DNA from: Gemmatimonadales bacterium
GTDB lineage: Bacteria > Gemmatimonadota > Gemmatimonadetes > Gemmatimonadales > GWC2-71-9
Assembly: GCA_035309945.1 (NCBI GenBank)
Contig: DATGEQ010000114.1
Coordinates: forward strand, 4,266-68,265
DNA: 64,000 bases
Direction: 5' to 3'
Under the pieces are notes generated by a model. It had not been told where the DNA came from. It did not search any database and saw nothing but the letters and a program-made list of their open reading frames with translations. Every line of letters starts with the position of its first letter. Position 1 is the stretch's first letter. The position numbers and the translations under genes were made by a program. Below are positions 26,943 to 36,676 of the stretch, piece after piece.

Positions 26943-27101
26943 CTAGTCGAGGTGTACCGCTTCTTGGTGTTTTTCCCGCCTGCGATACGCCTTCTTGGAA
27001 CGGTGGACCTTGTGGGAGGGCGTCTTGAGGCGTTCGCGCACGGGAGCCCGCGGATTGGGCACCCGGACGACCACTTTTTCCTTGTCCCGCTTGCGACTCA
27101 C
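26943..27101 (-). CDS. 52-aa highly basic small protein
   Basis: GTG 27101 overlaps the DinB stop (GTGA). VSRKRDKEKVVVRVPNPRAPVRERLKTPSHKVHRSKKAYRRREKHQEAVHLD has 18 K/R against 6 D/E. GC3 is about 75% with AAG-biased Lys codons, consistent with coding. Confidence 0.4.
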   Translation of the reverse strand: MSRKRDKEKVVVRVPNPRAPVRERLKTPSHKVHRSKKAYRRREKHQEAVHLD

Positions 27102-27607
27102 GGTGTTTCGCCCATGCCGAGGCGTTCGCGGATTTGCCGCGCGTGGTGGCGCGCATGGATGTCGTGGAACCGCAGCCACTCTTCGATGGTCATGTCGCCC
27201 ATACGCGGGTGTTTGACGAACAGATCGGCACGCCGCTCCGGCATCAGGGCGCGGTCAACCTGGTCCCACGCTTCGATGCCCTCGAGGAAATGCGCTTCGG
27301 CGTGCGCGCGGGTCACGTGCGGCGCCGGCACCGTCCGCTCAGGCGCTTTGCGGCGGGGGGGAAACCAGCGAAGTCCGAATATGAAGAATCGGGCGACGTG
27401 CTCGGCCGGAGTACGTCGCCGGCGCGACATGGGGGCATGGCCGCGGCGCGCCTGGAAGGTGTCCGCGCTCAGGTTGAGACCGAGCGCGAGGTGCTCGACG
27501 ATCTGCGCGGGGGTCCATTTGCCGAGAGGCCCGCGCTCCCAGTCGGCAGCGCTGCGGTCCATGAGCGGCCCGAGCACGACGTCGATCAGTTCGCCGAGCG
27601 GTTTCAT
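27098..27607 (-). CDS. DinB-family (DinB_2) four-helix-bundle metalloprotein
   Basis: His triad context (..QIVEHL.. ..FHDIHARHHARQI..) and size typical of the DinB superfamily. Confidence 0.8.
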   Translation of the reverse strand: MKPLGELIDVVLGPLMDRSAADWERGPLGKWTPAQIVEHLALGLNLSADTFQARRGHAPMSRRRRTPAEHVARFFIFGLRWFPPRRKAPERTVPAPHVTRAHAEAHFLEGIEAWDQVDRALMPERRADLFVKHPRMGDMTIEEWLRFHDIHARHHARQIRERLGMGETP

Positions 27608-27645
27608 TCTTTAATGAAGCCCGCGCATCGCGTGTAGAGCCCGAG

Positions 27646-28911
27646 GTGACTAGTTTCTACGCGACCCGACATGCGGGGAATTTGCGAGTGAACCTGCTGC
27701 GCCGCCATCCAGTTGCCGTGATACTTGTGGTCTTGCTGCTCGTGACGGCGATTCACCCGTTCCCGTCGCTCGTCGATGCGGTGACCGGGTCGGCGCCGGG
27801 AGGCACCGACCTCGACCGCCCGATCCTGTACGTCCTCTTCGCGCCGCTCTCCAACACACTCGATGCACTCACGTTCTTCAGCCTCTCGCGCGCGGTGTGG
27901 GCGTTGGTCGTGTGGATACTGCTGCTGGCCGCCTGGGGCGCCGTGCGCGCGGCGAGCGACTCGCTGGGCTGGCGCCGTGTCGTCGCGACCAGCCTCGTCG
28001 GCCCCGCGGTGCTGGTGCTGCTCGTGCTCGCGGCGCTGGTGTTGCCCCGTCCCGTGCCGCGCCTGATCAACGACGGCCCTGGAACGGTCATCGATTACCA
28101 TGCGCACACGAACGCGTCGCACGACGGCCGGCCGGGATGGACGCTGGCGAAGCTGGCGGAGTGGCACGAGCGCCAGGGATTTCAAGCGTCGTACGTGACC
28201 GATCACAACATCGTGTACGACGGTTCGATGCCCGCGCCCGAAGGGGCGTCGATTCGGCTGCTGCCCGGCGTCGAATGGAGCGTCTACGGCCAGCACGTCG
28301 TGGCAATCGGGCCGGTCGAGCCGTTGCCGCGCGACAGCTTCGGCCTGACCACGGTGCGAATGGTTCGCATCTTCAACGCCATCGAGCGGCAGGGCGCACT
28401 CAGCATCGCGTCGCTCCCCGAGTACTGGCGCTATCACCAGGAGGAGCTCGGCCAGTTCGTGCTCGCCGGAGTGGACGGATTCGAGATCGTTAACTGCGCG
28501 CCGAAGGCGCTGGCGTTTCCGTCCGACTTGCGACGCCAGGTGATCGCGCTCGCGGGCAGTCACGATCTGGTGGTCGTCGGCGCGAGCGATAACCACGGCT
28601 GGGGACAGGTCACGTGTGTCTGGAACGTGTCGCAGCCGGGAGCGCAAGGATTCCACACCAATCGCGTTTTCGCGCGGCCGCTGGCGCTCGTGCAGGGCGA
28701 CTGGCAGGCGTGGACCGCGCCCGTGACGCAGCCGTGGTTCATGTTCCGCTCGCTGAGCTGGAGTGAGCGGGCGAGCTGGCTGACGTGGGTGGTGATCATT
28801 CTGCTGTATCGTGTGATGCCGCGGCGTGAAGGCCAACGTGCCGGGATCGGCATTCTGGCGCGATCGCTCGGCGGTGGCCGGAAGTCGGGTGCTAACCAGA
28901 TTCCGACGTGA
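27646..28911 (+). CDS. membrane-anchored PHP-domain (polymerase/histidinol-phosphatase-like) protein
   Basis: 3-4 N-terminal TM helices, then ..VIDYHAHTNASHDG.. ..SYVTDHN.. PHP metal motifs. C-terminal TM. Confidence 0.6.
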   Translation: MTSFYATRHAGNLRVNLLRRHPVAVILVVLLLVTAIHPFPSLVDAVTGSAPGGTDLDRPILYVLFAPLSNTLDALTFFSLSRAVWALVVWILLLAAWGAVRAASDSLGWRRVVATSLVGPAVLVLLVLAALVLPRPVPRLINDGPGTVIDYHAHTNASHDGRPGWTLAKLAEWHERQGFQASYVTDHNIVYDGSMPAPEGASIRLLPGVEWSVYGQHVVAIGPVEPLPRDSFGLTTVRMVRIFNAIERQGALSIASLPEYWRYHQEELGQFVLAGVDGFEIVNCAPKALAFPSDLRRQVIALAGSHDLVVVGASDNHGWGQVTCVWNVSQPGAQGFHTNRVFARPLALVQGDWQAWTAPVTQPWFMFRSLSWSERASWLTWVVIILLYRVMPRREGQRAGIGILARSLGGGRKSGANQIPT

Positions 28912-28991
28912 CCTCCCGCAACCAAACGACAGACTTGCACGTCTTACTCGCAGGTGCTGCTCGCCCTTCCCTTCATTCTGGAGCGCGTTCC

Positions 28992-30680
28992 ATGCAGGCA
29001 GTTCGTCGTCTTCTCGGCGTCGCCATGTCCGTGGTCATCGCCGCACCCGCGGCCGCGCAGACGGCGCTCCCGCTCAAACACACGCCGGCGCGCACGCAGA
29101 CCGCGATCACACCGGCCGATCTCATGACTCGCCTCTATCTCTATTCGGACGATTCGATGATGGGTCGTCTCGCGGGCAGCGCGTACGATCTCAAGGCGAC
29201 GGCGTACGTCGCTTCGGAGTTCAAGCGCCTCGGGCTGCGGCCCGCCGGCGACTCCGGCGGCTATTTCCAGAACGTGCCGCTCGTGAAGCGCCAGCTGGAT
29301 CCGAACGCCAGCTTCTCGGTCGACGGCACATCGTTCCGGCCGTGGGACGAGTTCTTCCCGCGCGATCCGGGTGTTGCAACCCATCCCTTTGACGCCACGC
29401 AAGCGATCTACGGCGGCGTCTGGCCGGACAGCACGCTGATCACCGCCGATCAGGCGGCCGGGAAGTTTGTCGTATTGGGAGCGCACACCGGTCCGAACGT
29501 GACGCCGCAGCAGGGGATCAACCGCGGCGCAATGCTGGCGCGCTATCGCACGGCCGCCGGAATCGCGGTCGTCGCGCTGGAGTCATTCCCGCCGGGGGCG
29601 AGGAATTTCTTCCGCCAGCCGGCGACGATTCTCAAGGATGCCGCGGCGAGCGATACGACGACACTTCCGGTCTACCTGTATGTCACGAGTGCGGGTGGGC
29701 GGACGCTCTTGGGCGCGCCGATCGACAGTCTGCAGCCGGGAGCGTTGGGGAAGACGGTGCACGGCTCGATTTCCTTCAATGAAACGCCGGCACCGGCCCG
29801 CAACGTGGTGGCGATTTTGTCGGGCAGCGATCCCAAGCTTCGCGGTCAATATGTCGCGCTCGGCGCGCACAACGATCACATCGGGTTCAATAACAACGCG
29901 GTGGATCACGACTCGATCCGCGCGTTCAACGACGACGTGCGCAAGCTCGTGCTCGCCGCGCCGACGCATCGCGTGAGCCCCGATCAGGTGCAACAGATTC
30001 ACGTGAACGTCGACAGTCTCCACCGGCTGCACGCCGCGCGGCGCGATTCCATCTACAACGGCGCCGACGACGACGGCTCAGGGACGGTGGCGTTGCTCGA
30101 GATCGCCGAGGCGTTCGCGGGAGCGAAGGGGACGGCTCGTCCGAAACGCTCGCTGATTTTCGTCTCGCATACCGGTGAAGAGCTGGGATTGTTCGGGTCG
30201 CAGTACTTCACCGATCATCCGACCGTGCCGCGCGATTCGATCGACGCGCAGCTCAACATGGACATGATCGGCCGGGGTCGCGCGGATGACGAGAACGGCG
30301 GTGGCCCGGGGTACTTGCAGCTCATCGGCACCCGGCGGCTCTCGACCGAGCTCGGCGATGTGATCGAGACGGTCAACAAGCAGCGCAAGCAACCGTTCAC
30401 GTTTGACTATCAGTTCGACGCGGCGGGACATCCGGAGCAGTACTACTGCCGCAGCGATCACTACATGTATGCGCGGTACGGCATTCCGATCGCGTTCTTC
30501 ACGACCGGCAATCATCGGGACTACCATCAAGTGACGGACGAGCCGGAGTACATCGACTACGAGAAGCTCGCGCACGTGTCGCAATTCGTGTACGACATCG
30601 CGACCGCCGTAGCGAACCTGGATCACCGGGTTGTGGTCGACAAACCGAAACCCGACCCGCACGGGAATTGCGTGCAGTAA
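28992..30680 (+). CDS. M28-family aminopeptidase (secreted)
   Basis: ATG 28992 gives signal peptide MQAVRRLLGVAMSVVIAAPAAAQ. Motifs ..GAHNDHIG.. ..NGADDDGSGTVALLEIA.. ..FVSHTGEELGLFGS... Confidence 0.85.
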   Translation: MQAVRRLLGVAMSVVIAAPAAAQTALPLKHTPARTQTAITPADLMTRLYLYSDDSMMGRLAGSAYDLKATAYVASEFKRLGLRPAGDSGGYFQNVPLVKRQLDPNASFSVDGTSFRPWDEFFPRDPGVATHPFDATQAIYGGVWPDSTLITADQAAGKFVVLGAHTGPNVTPQQGINRGAMLARYRTAAGIAVVALESFPPGARNFFRQPATILKDAAASDTTTLPVYLYVTSAGGRTLLGAPIDSLQPGALGKTVHGSISFNETPAPARNVVAILSGSDPKLRGQYVALGAHNDHIGFNNNAVDHDSIRAFNDDVRKLVLAAPTHRVSPDQVQQIHVNVDSLHRLHAARRDSIYNGADDDGSGTVALLEIAEAFAGAKGTARPKRSLIFVSHTGEELGLFGSQYFTDHPTVPRDSIDAQLNMDMIGRGRADDENGGGPGYLQLIGTRRLSTELGDVIETVNKQRKQPFTFDYQFDAAGHPEQYYCRSDHYMYARYGIPIAFFTTGNHRDYHQVTDEPEYIDYEKLAHVSQFVYDIATAVANLDHRVVVDKPKPDPHGNCVQ

Positions 30681-30685
30681 GCGGT

Positions 30686-31090
30686 GTGGCTGGCTACTCT
30701 GGTCGGTCGCTCGTAGAGAAGCTTGGGATAAAGCCCCGGACGCGGATTGCGATCGTCGATCCGCCCCGGGGCTTTCGCGCGACCCTGGGAAAGCTGCCTG
30801 ATGGCGTGACCGTCGCGTCGCGCTTGAGCGGATCCTACCCGTTCATCCACGTCTTCACGCGTAGTCGCGCCGTACTCGAAGCCAAGTTGCCCGGACTGTT
30901 GCGCGCCCTCGAAACCGACGGCACGCTCTGGGTTTCCTGGCCAAAGCAACGCTCCGGACTCGCGACCGACATCACCGAGAATGTCGTGCGCGCGGTGGCC
31001 CTCCCGACCGGGCTCGTGGACGTGAAGGTCGCCGCCGTGGACGACGTGTGGTCCGGGCTGAAGCTCGTCCGGCGCCGCAAAAACCGGTAA
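30686..31090 (+). CDS. DUF3052-family protein
   Basis: GTG 30686 gives VAGYSGRSLVEKLGIKP.., the N-terminus I recall as typical of DUF3052. Confidence 0.65.
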   Translation: MAGYSGRSLVEKLGIKPRTRIAIVDPPRGFRATLGKLPDGVTVASRLSGSYPFIHVFTRSRAVLEAKLPGLLRALETDGTLWVSWPKQRSGLATDITENVVRAVALPTGLVDVKVAAVDDVWSGLKLVRRRKNR

Positions 31091-31102
31091 TCTGCTTTAC
31101 GT

Positions 31103-31114
31103 TGCAAAGTACTT
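31103..31114. promoter_or_regulatory. candidate operator TGCAAAGTACTT (contains 8-bp palindrome AAGTACTT), copy 1, overlapping a TTGACA -35-like hexamer
   Basis: Exact 12-mer repeated at 32151-32162. AT-rich in a GC-rich genome. Lies upstream of the membrane-protein/wHTH pair. Confidence 0.4.
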
Positions 31115-31130
31115 GACATAAGCAGTAGCG

Positions 31131-31730
31131 GTGGCCAGTTTTTCTCCTATGACGTCCCCGCAGCCGCTTCGCGATCGAGCGCTCGACAACCTCAAATTCA
31201 TTCGCTCCACCATGGAGCGGGCGGGTTCGTTCACGGCGGTCCCGGGCTGGGGTATGGTCGTCGTGGGATCCACCGCCCTGGCGGCCGCCTGGCTGGCCCA
31301 GCGGCAGGCCCGTCCGACCGACTGGCTGGCGGTGTGGCTCGGGGAAGCGGTCATCGGCGTCGTGGTCGGCGGGGCCGCTATGGTGCAGAAGGCGCGGCTC
31401 GCGAACGACCCGCTGCTCTCGGGTCCCGGCCGGCGGTTCGGCTTGAGCTTCTTGCCGCCCATCATCGTCGGCGCGCTGCTGACGCTCGCGCTCGATCGCG
31501 CGGGCGACTTCGCGCTGATGCCGGCCACCTGGCTGCTGCTGTTCGGTACGGCCGTCGCCACGGCCGGCGCCTTCTCGGTCCGGGTCGTCCCGCTGATGGG
31601 CGCGTGCTTCATGCTGCTCGGCACCATCGCCCTGTTCGCACCGGGGCTGTCGCCCTGGCTCATGGCGCTGGGATTCGGCGGTCTCAACATCGCATTCGGC
31701 ATCATCATCGCACGGAGGCACGGTGGCTAA
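31131..31730 (+). CDS. hypothetical 5-6 TM membrane protein
   Basis: ORF 31131..31730 (GTG; alternative ATG at 31149). Overlaps the downstream wHTH regulator gene. Confidence 0.5.
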   Translation: MASFSPMTSPQPLRDRALDNLKFIRSTMERAGSFTAVPGWGMVVVGSTALAAAWLAQRQARPTDWLAVWLGEAVIGVVVGGAAMVQKARLANDPLLSGPGRRFGLSFLPPIIVGALLTLALDRAGDFALMPATWLLLFGTAVATAGAFSVRVVPLMGACFMLLGTIALFAPGLSPWLMALGFGGLNIAFGIIIARRHGG

Positions 31731-32115
31731 GAGCAACATGGCGCGGCTCACACGCGACCGCGCGGAAGCGGAACGTCCGGTGAAAACCAAAACGCAACCA
31801 GCGCCGGCGGAGCTCGACCGGCTGATCCACGAGCGGGTGCGGCTCGCCATCGTGAGCGCGCTGGCGGTGCGCGACCGCCTCACGTTCAACGAGCTCAAGG
31901 CGCTGCTCAAGACGAGCGACGGCAATCTCAGCGTGCACGCGCGCAAGCTCGAGGACGCGGGCTACATCGCATGCGACAAGTCGTTCGCGGAGCGCGTTCC
32001 CAAAACGGAATACCGACTCACCGCCCTCGGCCGGCGGGCGCTCGAGCGCTACCTCGATCACATGGAAGCGTTGATCCGCGCCACCCGCGCGGGCGGGGGC
32101 GGGGGGGCACGCTGA
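31723..32115 (+). CDS. winged-helix transcriptional regulator (HTH_34-like)
   Basis: ..[71 protein letters not shown].. is a classic wHTH. G-rich 3' end (G3-C-G5-C-G7). Confidence 0.7.
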   Translation: MAKSNMARLTRDRAEAERPVKTKTQPAPAELDRLIHERVRLAIVSALAVRDRLTFNELKALLKTSDGNLSVHARKLEDAGYIACDKSFAERVPKTEYRLTALGRRALERYLDHMEALIRATRAGGGGGAR

Positions 32116-32146
32116 CGGTGGACTCTTTTTTTTGCGGGATAACTTT

Positions 32147-32782
32147 ATGATGCAAAGTACTTCTTTCCACGTGGCATTCGTCATGGACGGCAACGGTCGC
32201 TGGGCCACGCGCCGCGGCTTGCCGCGCGCCGCCGGCCATCGCGCCGGCGCGGAAGCGGTGCGCCGGATCGTGCGGATCGCGCCCGGCTGCGGCATTACCG
32301 ATCTCACGCTGTACGCATTTTCGTCGGACAACTGGCGCAGGCCGGCGGCCGAAGTGTCGATGCTGATGCGGCTGTTCGCCCATCACCTGCGCAGCGAGAC
32401 GGCGGAGCTGGTGGAGCAAGGTGCCCGGCTCACGATCATCGGCCGGCGCGACCGGTTGCCGGGTGCGCTGGTCTCCGCGATCGGCGCGACGGAAGCGGCC
32501 ACCGCGGGAGGCACGCGCCTCAACCTGCGGCTCGCGGTGGACTATTCCGGCCGCGCAGCGATTCGCGCGAACGCGCTGCTGCCCGACGTCGATCTCCTGA
32601 TCCGGACGGGCGGCGAGCAGCGGCTGTCGGATTTTCTGCTCTGGGAATGCGCGTATGCGGAGCTGTGGTTCACCGAGCGCATGTGGCCGGATTTCGGGCC
32701 GTCGCAGCTCGCGACCGCGGTGCACGAGTTCCATTCGCGCGACCGCCGTTTCGGCGGCTTGCCCACGCAGGAGGCGGTATGA
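32147..32782 (+). CDS. uppS: undecaprenyl-diphosphate synthase (cis-prenyltransferase)
   Basis: ..[13 protein letters not shown].. ..[12 protein letters not shown].. ..[24 protein letters not shown].. motifs. ATG 32147 preferred over TTG 32132. Confidence 0.9.
   Translation: MMQSTSFHVAFVMDGNGRWATRRGLPRAAGHRAGAEAVRRIVRIAPGCGITDLTLYAFSSDNWRRPAAEVSMLMRLFAHHLRSETAELVEQGARLTIIGRRDRLPGALVSAIGATEAATAGGTRLNLRLAVDYSGRAAIRANALLPDVDLLIRTGGEQRLSDFLLWECAYAELWFTERMWPDFGPSQLATAVHEFHSRDRRFGGLPTQEAV
32151..32162. promoter_or_regulatory. candidate operator TGCAAAGTACTT, copy 2, at the uppS start codon
   Basis: Identical 12-mer to 31103-31114. Preceded by a T8 run. Overlaps codons 2-6 of uppS. Confidence 0.4.
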
Positions 32783-34278
32783 CCGCGGTGACCGGCCGGA
32801 CGAGGATCGGGCTCGAGATCGCCGCCGCCGGTCTTGCCGGCGGCCTCGTCGGCGACACGCTGCTGCGCGCCATGCCGTGGGGCCTCAACGTCGCGGTGGG
32901 CACTACGGCACTGCTCGCTGCCGGAGCGCTGCTGATCCGCCGCAGCCGGATTACGCCGGGGCCGGACGCCGCCTGGCTCGCCGTGACCGCGCTCCTCTTG
33001 GGCGTGGCGTTCGTCCGGCGCGACGCCGCTCCGCTCGCGCAATTCGACATGCTGGCGCTGATCGCGGCGCTCGCTTTTGCCGCGGCCAGCGTGCAGGGCG
33101 AGCGCATCATGCAGTGGAGTCTGGTCGATTATGTGCGCGCGGGCGTCACCGCAACCGCCGCGAGCATCGGCGGCGTGCTGCTCCTGATTACGCGCGACAT
33201 CGATTGGCGCGCCACACCAGGCGAAGGAAAGAGCCGTTTGCGACAGGCGCGCGCGGCCCTGGCCGGCGTCCTGATCGCCGTGCCGCTGCTCGCGATCTTT
33301 GCGGCATTGTTCGCGTCTGCCGATCGGGTGTTTGCGAACGTCCTCGAGAATATCTTCGACTTCGATGCCGTCCGCATCGTCCAGCACACGTTCTTCATTT
33401 GCTTCTGGGGCGCGCTGACGGCCGGTCTGCTGCGCTGGGGACTCATCGCTCGACCAATCGCCGCTCCGAAAATGGAATACATCCCCACCAGCCCCACGCC
33501 ATTCGCGGTCGCGCTCGGCCTGTTGGACGCACTGTTTCTCCTCTTTGTCGTGGTGCAGCTGCGCTACTTCTTCGGAGGTGCGACCCTGGTCGAACAGACC
33601 GGTGGACTCACCTACGCCGAGTACGCGCGGAGCGGCTTCTTCGAGCTGGCGACGGCGAGTGCGCTCGTGCTACCGGTTCTGTTAGCACTCGATCATCTCA
33701 CGCGCGGCGGCACACCGCCGCAGATCCGGACGGTGCGCCAGCTCACCGGCCTGCTGCTCGTCCTGCTTGCTTTCGTCATGGCCTCAGCGCTCGAGCGCAT
33801 GCGCCTGTACGTGGACGCGTATGGGCTGTCGGCCACGCGGCTCTATGCGACGGCGTTCATGGTCTTTCTCGTCGGCGTGTTCGTCTGGTTCGCCTGGACC
33901 GTGCTGCGCGGCAACCGCGCGCGCTTTGCGTTCGGCGCGCTGATGCAGGGGCTGGCCGTTCTTGCCGGCCTCCACGTGCTGAATCCCGACGCGTTCATCG
34001 TGCGCACGAATCTCCACCGCCCGGATGCGGTCGTCCCGTTCGATGCCGCGTACGCGGCGTCACTCGGCGCCGATGCGGTTCCCGCACTGCTCGACGCGAT
34101 GCCACGGCTCGATCAAAACGATCGCTGCGAAGTCGCGTCGCGGTTATTGCGGCGCTGGAGCGCGCCGGCGGATTGGCGTACCTGGAATTGGAGCCGAGCG
34201 AAAGCGCATCGTCTGGTGAGCGAGCGCGCCGCGGATCTGCATGCGACCTGTCCCGCAGGCAAAGGAGTAGCGCCATGA
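32779..34278 (+). CDS. DUF4153/DUF4173-like polytopic membrane protein
   Basis: ATG 32779 (ATGA overlap with the uppS stop). About 10 TM helices. The upstream part of listed ORF 32647.. lies inside uppS. Confidence 0.55.
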   Translation: MTAVTGRTRIGLEIAAAGLAGGLVGDTLLRAMPWGLNVAVGTTALLAAGALLIRRSRITPGPDAAWLAVTALLLGVAFVRRDAAPLAQFDMLALIAALAFAAASVQGERIMQWSLVDYVRAGVTATAASIGGVLLLITRDIDWRATPGEGKSRLRQARAALAGVLIAVPLLAIFAALFASADRVFANVLENIFDFDAVRIVQHTFFICFWGALTAGLLRWGLIARPIAAPKMEYIPTSPTPFAVALGLLDALFLLFVVVQLRYFFGGATLVEQTGGLTYAEYARSGFFELATASALVLPVLLALDHLTRGGTPPQIRTVRQLTGLLLVLLAFVMASALERMRLYVDAYGLSATRLYATAFMVFLVGVFVWFAWTVLRGNRARFAFGALMQGLAVLAGLHVLNPDAFIVRTNLHRPDAVVPFDAAYAASLGADAVPALLDAMPRLDQNDRCEVASRLLRRWSAPADWRTWNWSRAKAHRLVSERAADLHATCPAGKGVAP

Positions 34279-34907
34279 TCACTGACGGCCTGAGTCCCCT
34301 GGCGGTGCTGGTGTTTATGGGCGCTGTCCTCACGACTGTGGTTTTGATCATCACCTACGTCGTCGCACGCCTGGCCAAACGTGACGGCGTTGCGCGCATT
34401 GCGGTCCGCACCCTGCTCGCGGGGCTCGGCGTCTACGCCGTCATCCTCCTGACCGCATCGCTGACGAGCCGCAATCGCGTGCTGGCACTCGGCGACGAGA
34501 AGCACATCTGCGAGATCGACTGCCATCTCGCCTATTCGGTCCTGGGCGCGAAGTCGGAATCGTTGCCGGATGGCTCCGTGCGCGAAGTGGTCACCGTGAA
34601 GGTGCGCTTTGACGAGACCACGATCGCGCCATGGAGGCCCAAGGACGCGCCGCTGTCGCCGAACAGCCGGTACGTTGCTTTGATCGACGGACAGAACCGG
34701 AGATTCACCGGATCGACTGAAGCGCTTAAACGGCGATTGATTCCCGGCGCATCCTACACAACGGACATCGCGTTCGATGTCCCCGCCGATGCGCGCGATC
34801 TCCGGCTCGTGCTGCGAAACGATGATCCCGAGACGCGGCTCATCATCGGGCATGAGAACAGCCTGCTGCACGGCAAAACGACGTTTGCGTTGACGCGCGC
34901 GAGTTAG
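34275..34907 (+). CDS. hypothetical 2-TM protein with periplasmic beta-rich domain
   Basis: Last 210 codons of listed ORF 32655..34907. ATG 34275 (ATGA overlap with the upstream stop). Confidence 0.5.
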   Translation: MITDGLSPLAVLVFMGAVLTTVVLIITYVVARLAKRDGVARIAVRTLLAGLGVYAVILLTASLTSRNRVLALGDEKHICEIDCHLAYSVLGAKSESLPDGSVREVVTVKVRFDETTIAPWRPKDAPLSPNSRYVALIDGQNRRFTGSTEALKRRLIPGASYTTDIAFDVPADARDLRLVLRNDDPETRLIIGHENSLLHGKTTFALTRAS

Positions 34908-34917
34908 ATTTGGAGGC

Positions 34918-35727
34918 ATGAGCCTCCGCATCACGCAAGTCGACGCATTCACCAGCAAGCCATTCGCGGGAAATCCCGCAGGGGTATGCATCCTCGCCGA
35001 GCCCGCCAAGCCGCAATGGATGCAGGACGTCGCGCGTGAAATGAACCTCGCCGAGACGGCGTTCCTCGTAAGGCAACGGGACGGGTATGATCTCCGCTGG
35101 TTCACACCCGCCGTCGAGGTCGACCTCTGCGGCCACGCGACGCTGGCCAGTGCACACGTGCTGTGGGAAGACGGTCATCTCCAGCCCGACGCTCAGGCGC
35201 GGTTTCACACAAAGAGCGGACTGTTGACCGCCGATCGGCGGGGCGGCTGGATCGAGCTCGACTTTCCGGCGACGCCCGTCTCGACCGCCCCGGCTCCCGC
35301 GGGGCTCGTCGAGGCGCTCGGCGCCAAGCCACAGTTCATCGGCCGCAGCAAATTCGATTATCTGATCGAGGTCGACTCAGAACAGACGGTGCGGCGACTC
35401 GATCCCGATCTCACCGCGCTCGGTCGCGCGCAGGCTCGGGGGGTGATCGTTACGAGCCGCGCGGACGGCAGGAGCACGTACGATTTCGTCTCGCGCTTCT
35501 TCGCGCCGCAGTCCGGCGTGCCCGAGGATCCCGTGACCGGCTCCGCGCACTGCGCCCTCGCTCCGTACTGGAGCGCGAAACTCGGCAAGAGCGAGCTGAG
35601 CGCGTATCAGGCTTCGGCGCGCGGCGGCGAGCTGCGGCTGCGGGTCGTCCGTGACCGCGTGAAGATCGGCGGCCAGGCGGTGACGGTATTGCGCGGCGAA
35701 CTCACGGCCGGCAATATCGCGTCGTGA
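34918..35727 (+). CDS. PhzF-family isomerase
   Basis: ..QVDAFTSKPFAGNPAGV.. ..ETAFLV.. ..RWFTPAVEVDLCGHATLA.. ..EDPVTGSAH.. signature. Confidence 0.9.
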   Translation: MSLRITQVDAFTSKPFAGNPAGVCILAEPAKPQWMQDVAREMNLAETAFLVRQRDGYDLRWFTPAVEVDLCGHATLASAHVLWEDGHLQPDAQARFHTKSGLLTADRRGGWIELDFPATPVSTAPAPAGLVEALGAKPQFIGRSKFDYLIEVDSEQTVRRLDPDLTALGRAQARGVIVTSRADGRSTYDFVSRFFAPQSGVPEDPVTGSAHCALAPYWSAKLGKSELSAYQASARGGELRLRVVRDRVKIGGQAVTVLRGELTAGNIAS

Positions 35728-36674
35728 CCGCCGCTTCCTCCGGCGCTACCGCCACGCGACCGAGTCGCGTCATCGGCTACCTCTTCGCCCTCGGCGCCGG
35801 CGCCACGTGGGGCACCACCGGCCCGCTGTCGACCGGCTTGTACAATCTCATGCCGGCGACCAGCATCGGCTTCTGGCGTGTGCTCATCGGCACGATCGCA
35901 CTCGCCATCTGGGGCGGGCTGTTCCGCCGCGACCTGTTTCGCGCCGATCGACGCGGCTGGCTCATCGTCGGCCTTGGCGGCGGCGCCATGGTCGCGCTGT
36001 TCGAGATCGCCTATCAGTTCGCCATCGCGGGCGTGGGAGTCGCCGGCGCCGCCGCGCTCCTCTACACCGCGCCGGTGATCGTCGCCGTGCTGGCGCGGCT
36101 GATCCTCAAGGAAGCGCTCACGCCGACGCGCATCGCCCTCGCGGTGCTCGTCATGGTGGGCGTCGCGCTGACCGTCACCGGCGGCAGCAATGCCGGCGCC
36201 GAAGCGGCGCGCATGGGAGTGACGGCCGGCGTCGCCGGCGGACTCCTCTCGGCGCTGAGCTACGCGTTGACGTCGCTCATGGGACGCTGGGCCGCGCCGC
36301 GCTACGGCGTCGTGAAGGTGTTATTCCTCGAGGCGATCGGGGGCGTGGTGTTGATCTGGATTGCGCTGGCGATCTGGGGCGGCGGCCGCACGCCAACTTT
36401 GCCGCCGTCCGCCGCCGCCTGGCGCGGCCTGCTCGGCCTCGCCGCCGGCTCCGTGATCGCCGCCAACCTGTTGTTCTTCGGCGCCATGAAACGCATCGAA
36501 GCCGCGCCCGCATCCGTGGCGGCGACGATCGAACCGGTTGTCGGCGCGCTGCTCGCCCTACTCCTTTTTAGCCAACGACTCACCGCGCTTGGATGGCTTG
36601 GGCTGCTCATGGTCGTCGCCGGGGTGGCGACGGGATACTTGCTCGAAGGACTGAGGAAACAGCCCGAGCCCTGA
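35724..36674 (+). CDS. DMT-superfamily (EamA) transporter
   Basis: 10 TM helices in two EamA halves. GTGA/ATGA-type overlap with phzF. Confidence 0.8.
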   Translation: MTAASSGATATRPSRVIGYLFALGAGATWGTTGPLSTGLYNLMPATSIGFWRVLIGTIALAIWGGLFRRDLFRADRRGWLIVGLGGGAMVALFEIAYQFAIAGVGVAGAAALLYTAPVIVAVLARLILKEALTPTRIALAVLVMVGVALTVTGGSNAGAEAARMGVTAGVAGGLLSALSYALTSLMGRWAAPRYGVVKVLFLEAIGGVVLIWIALAIWGGGRTPTLPPSAAAWRGLLGLAAGSVIAANLLFFGAMKRIEAAPASVAATIEPVVGALLALLLFSQRLTALGWLGLLMVVAGVATGYLLEGLRKQPEP

Positions 36675-36676
36675 GG

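Noticed and set aside
26932-27645. Fluoride (crcB-motif) riboswitch controlling the ClC gene
   Set aside because: Only 11 nt separate the ClC start from the upstream small ORF, and only 38 nt lie upstream of the operon's first gene. This ClC also has CBS domains and a GxEGP filter like conventional ClC proteins, not the short ClC-F type.
31092-31125. Hairpin CTGCTT...AAGCAG after the DUF3052 gene as an intrinsic terminator
   Set aside because: It has only a 6-bp stem with a 22-nt loop and no U-tract. Its symmetry axis also differs from that of the embedded AAGTACTT palindrome. The operator interpretation of the 12-mer is better supported.
32655-34907. 750-aa ORF spanning uppS 3' end, the DUF4153 gene and the next gene
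   Set aside because: It is an off-frame read-through of the DUF4153 gene with Arg-rich nonsense. Only the final 210 codons (ATG 34275, ATGA overlap) form a plausible membrane protein.
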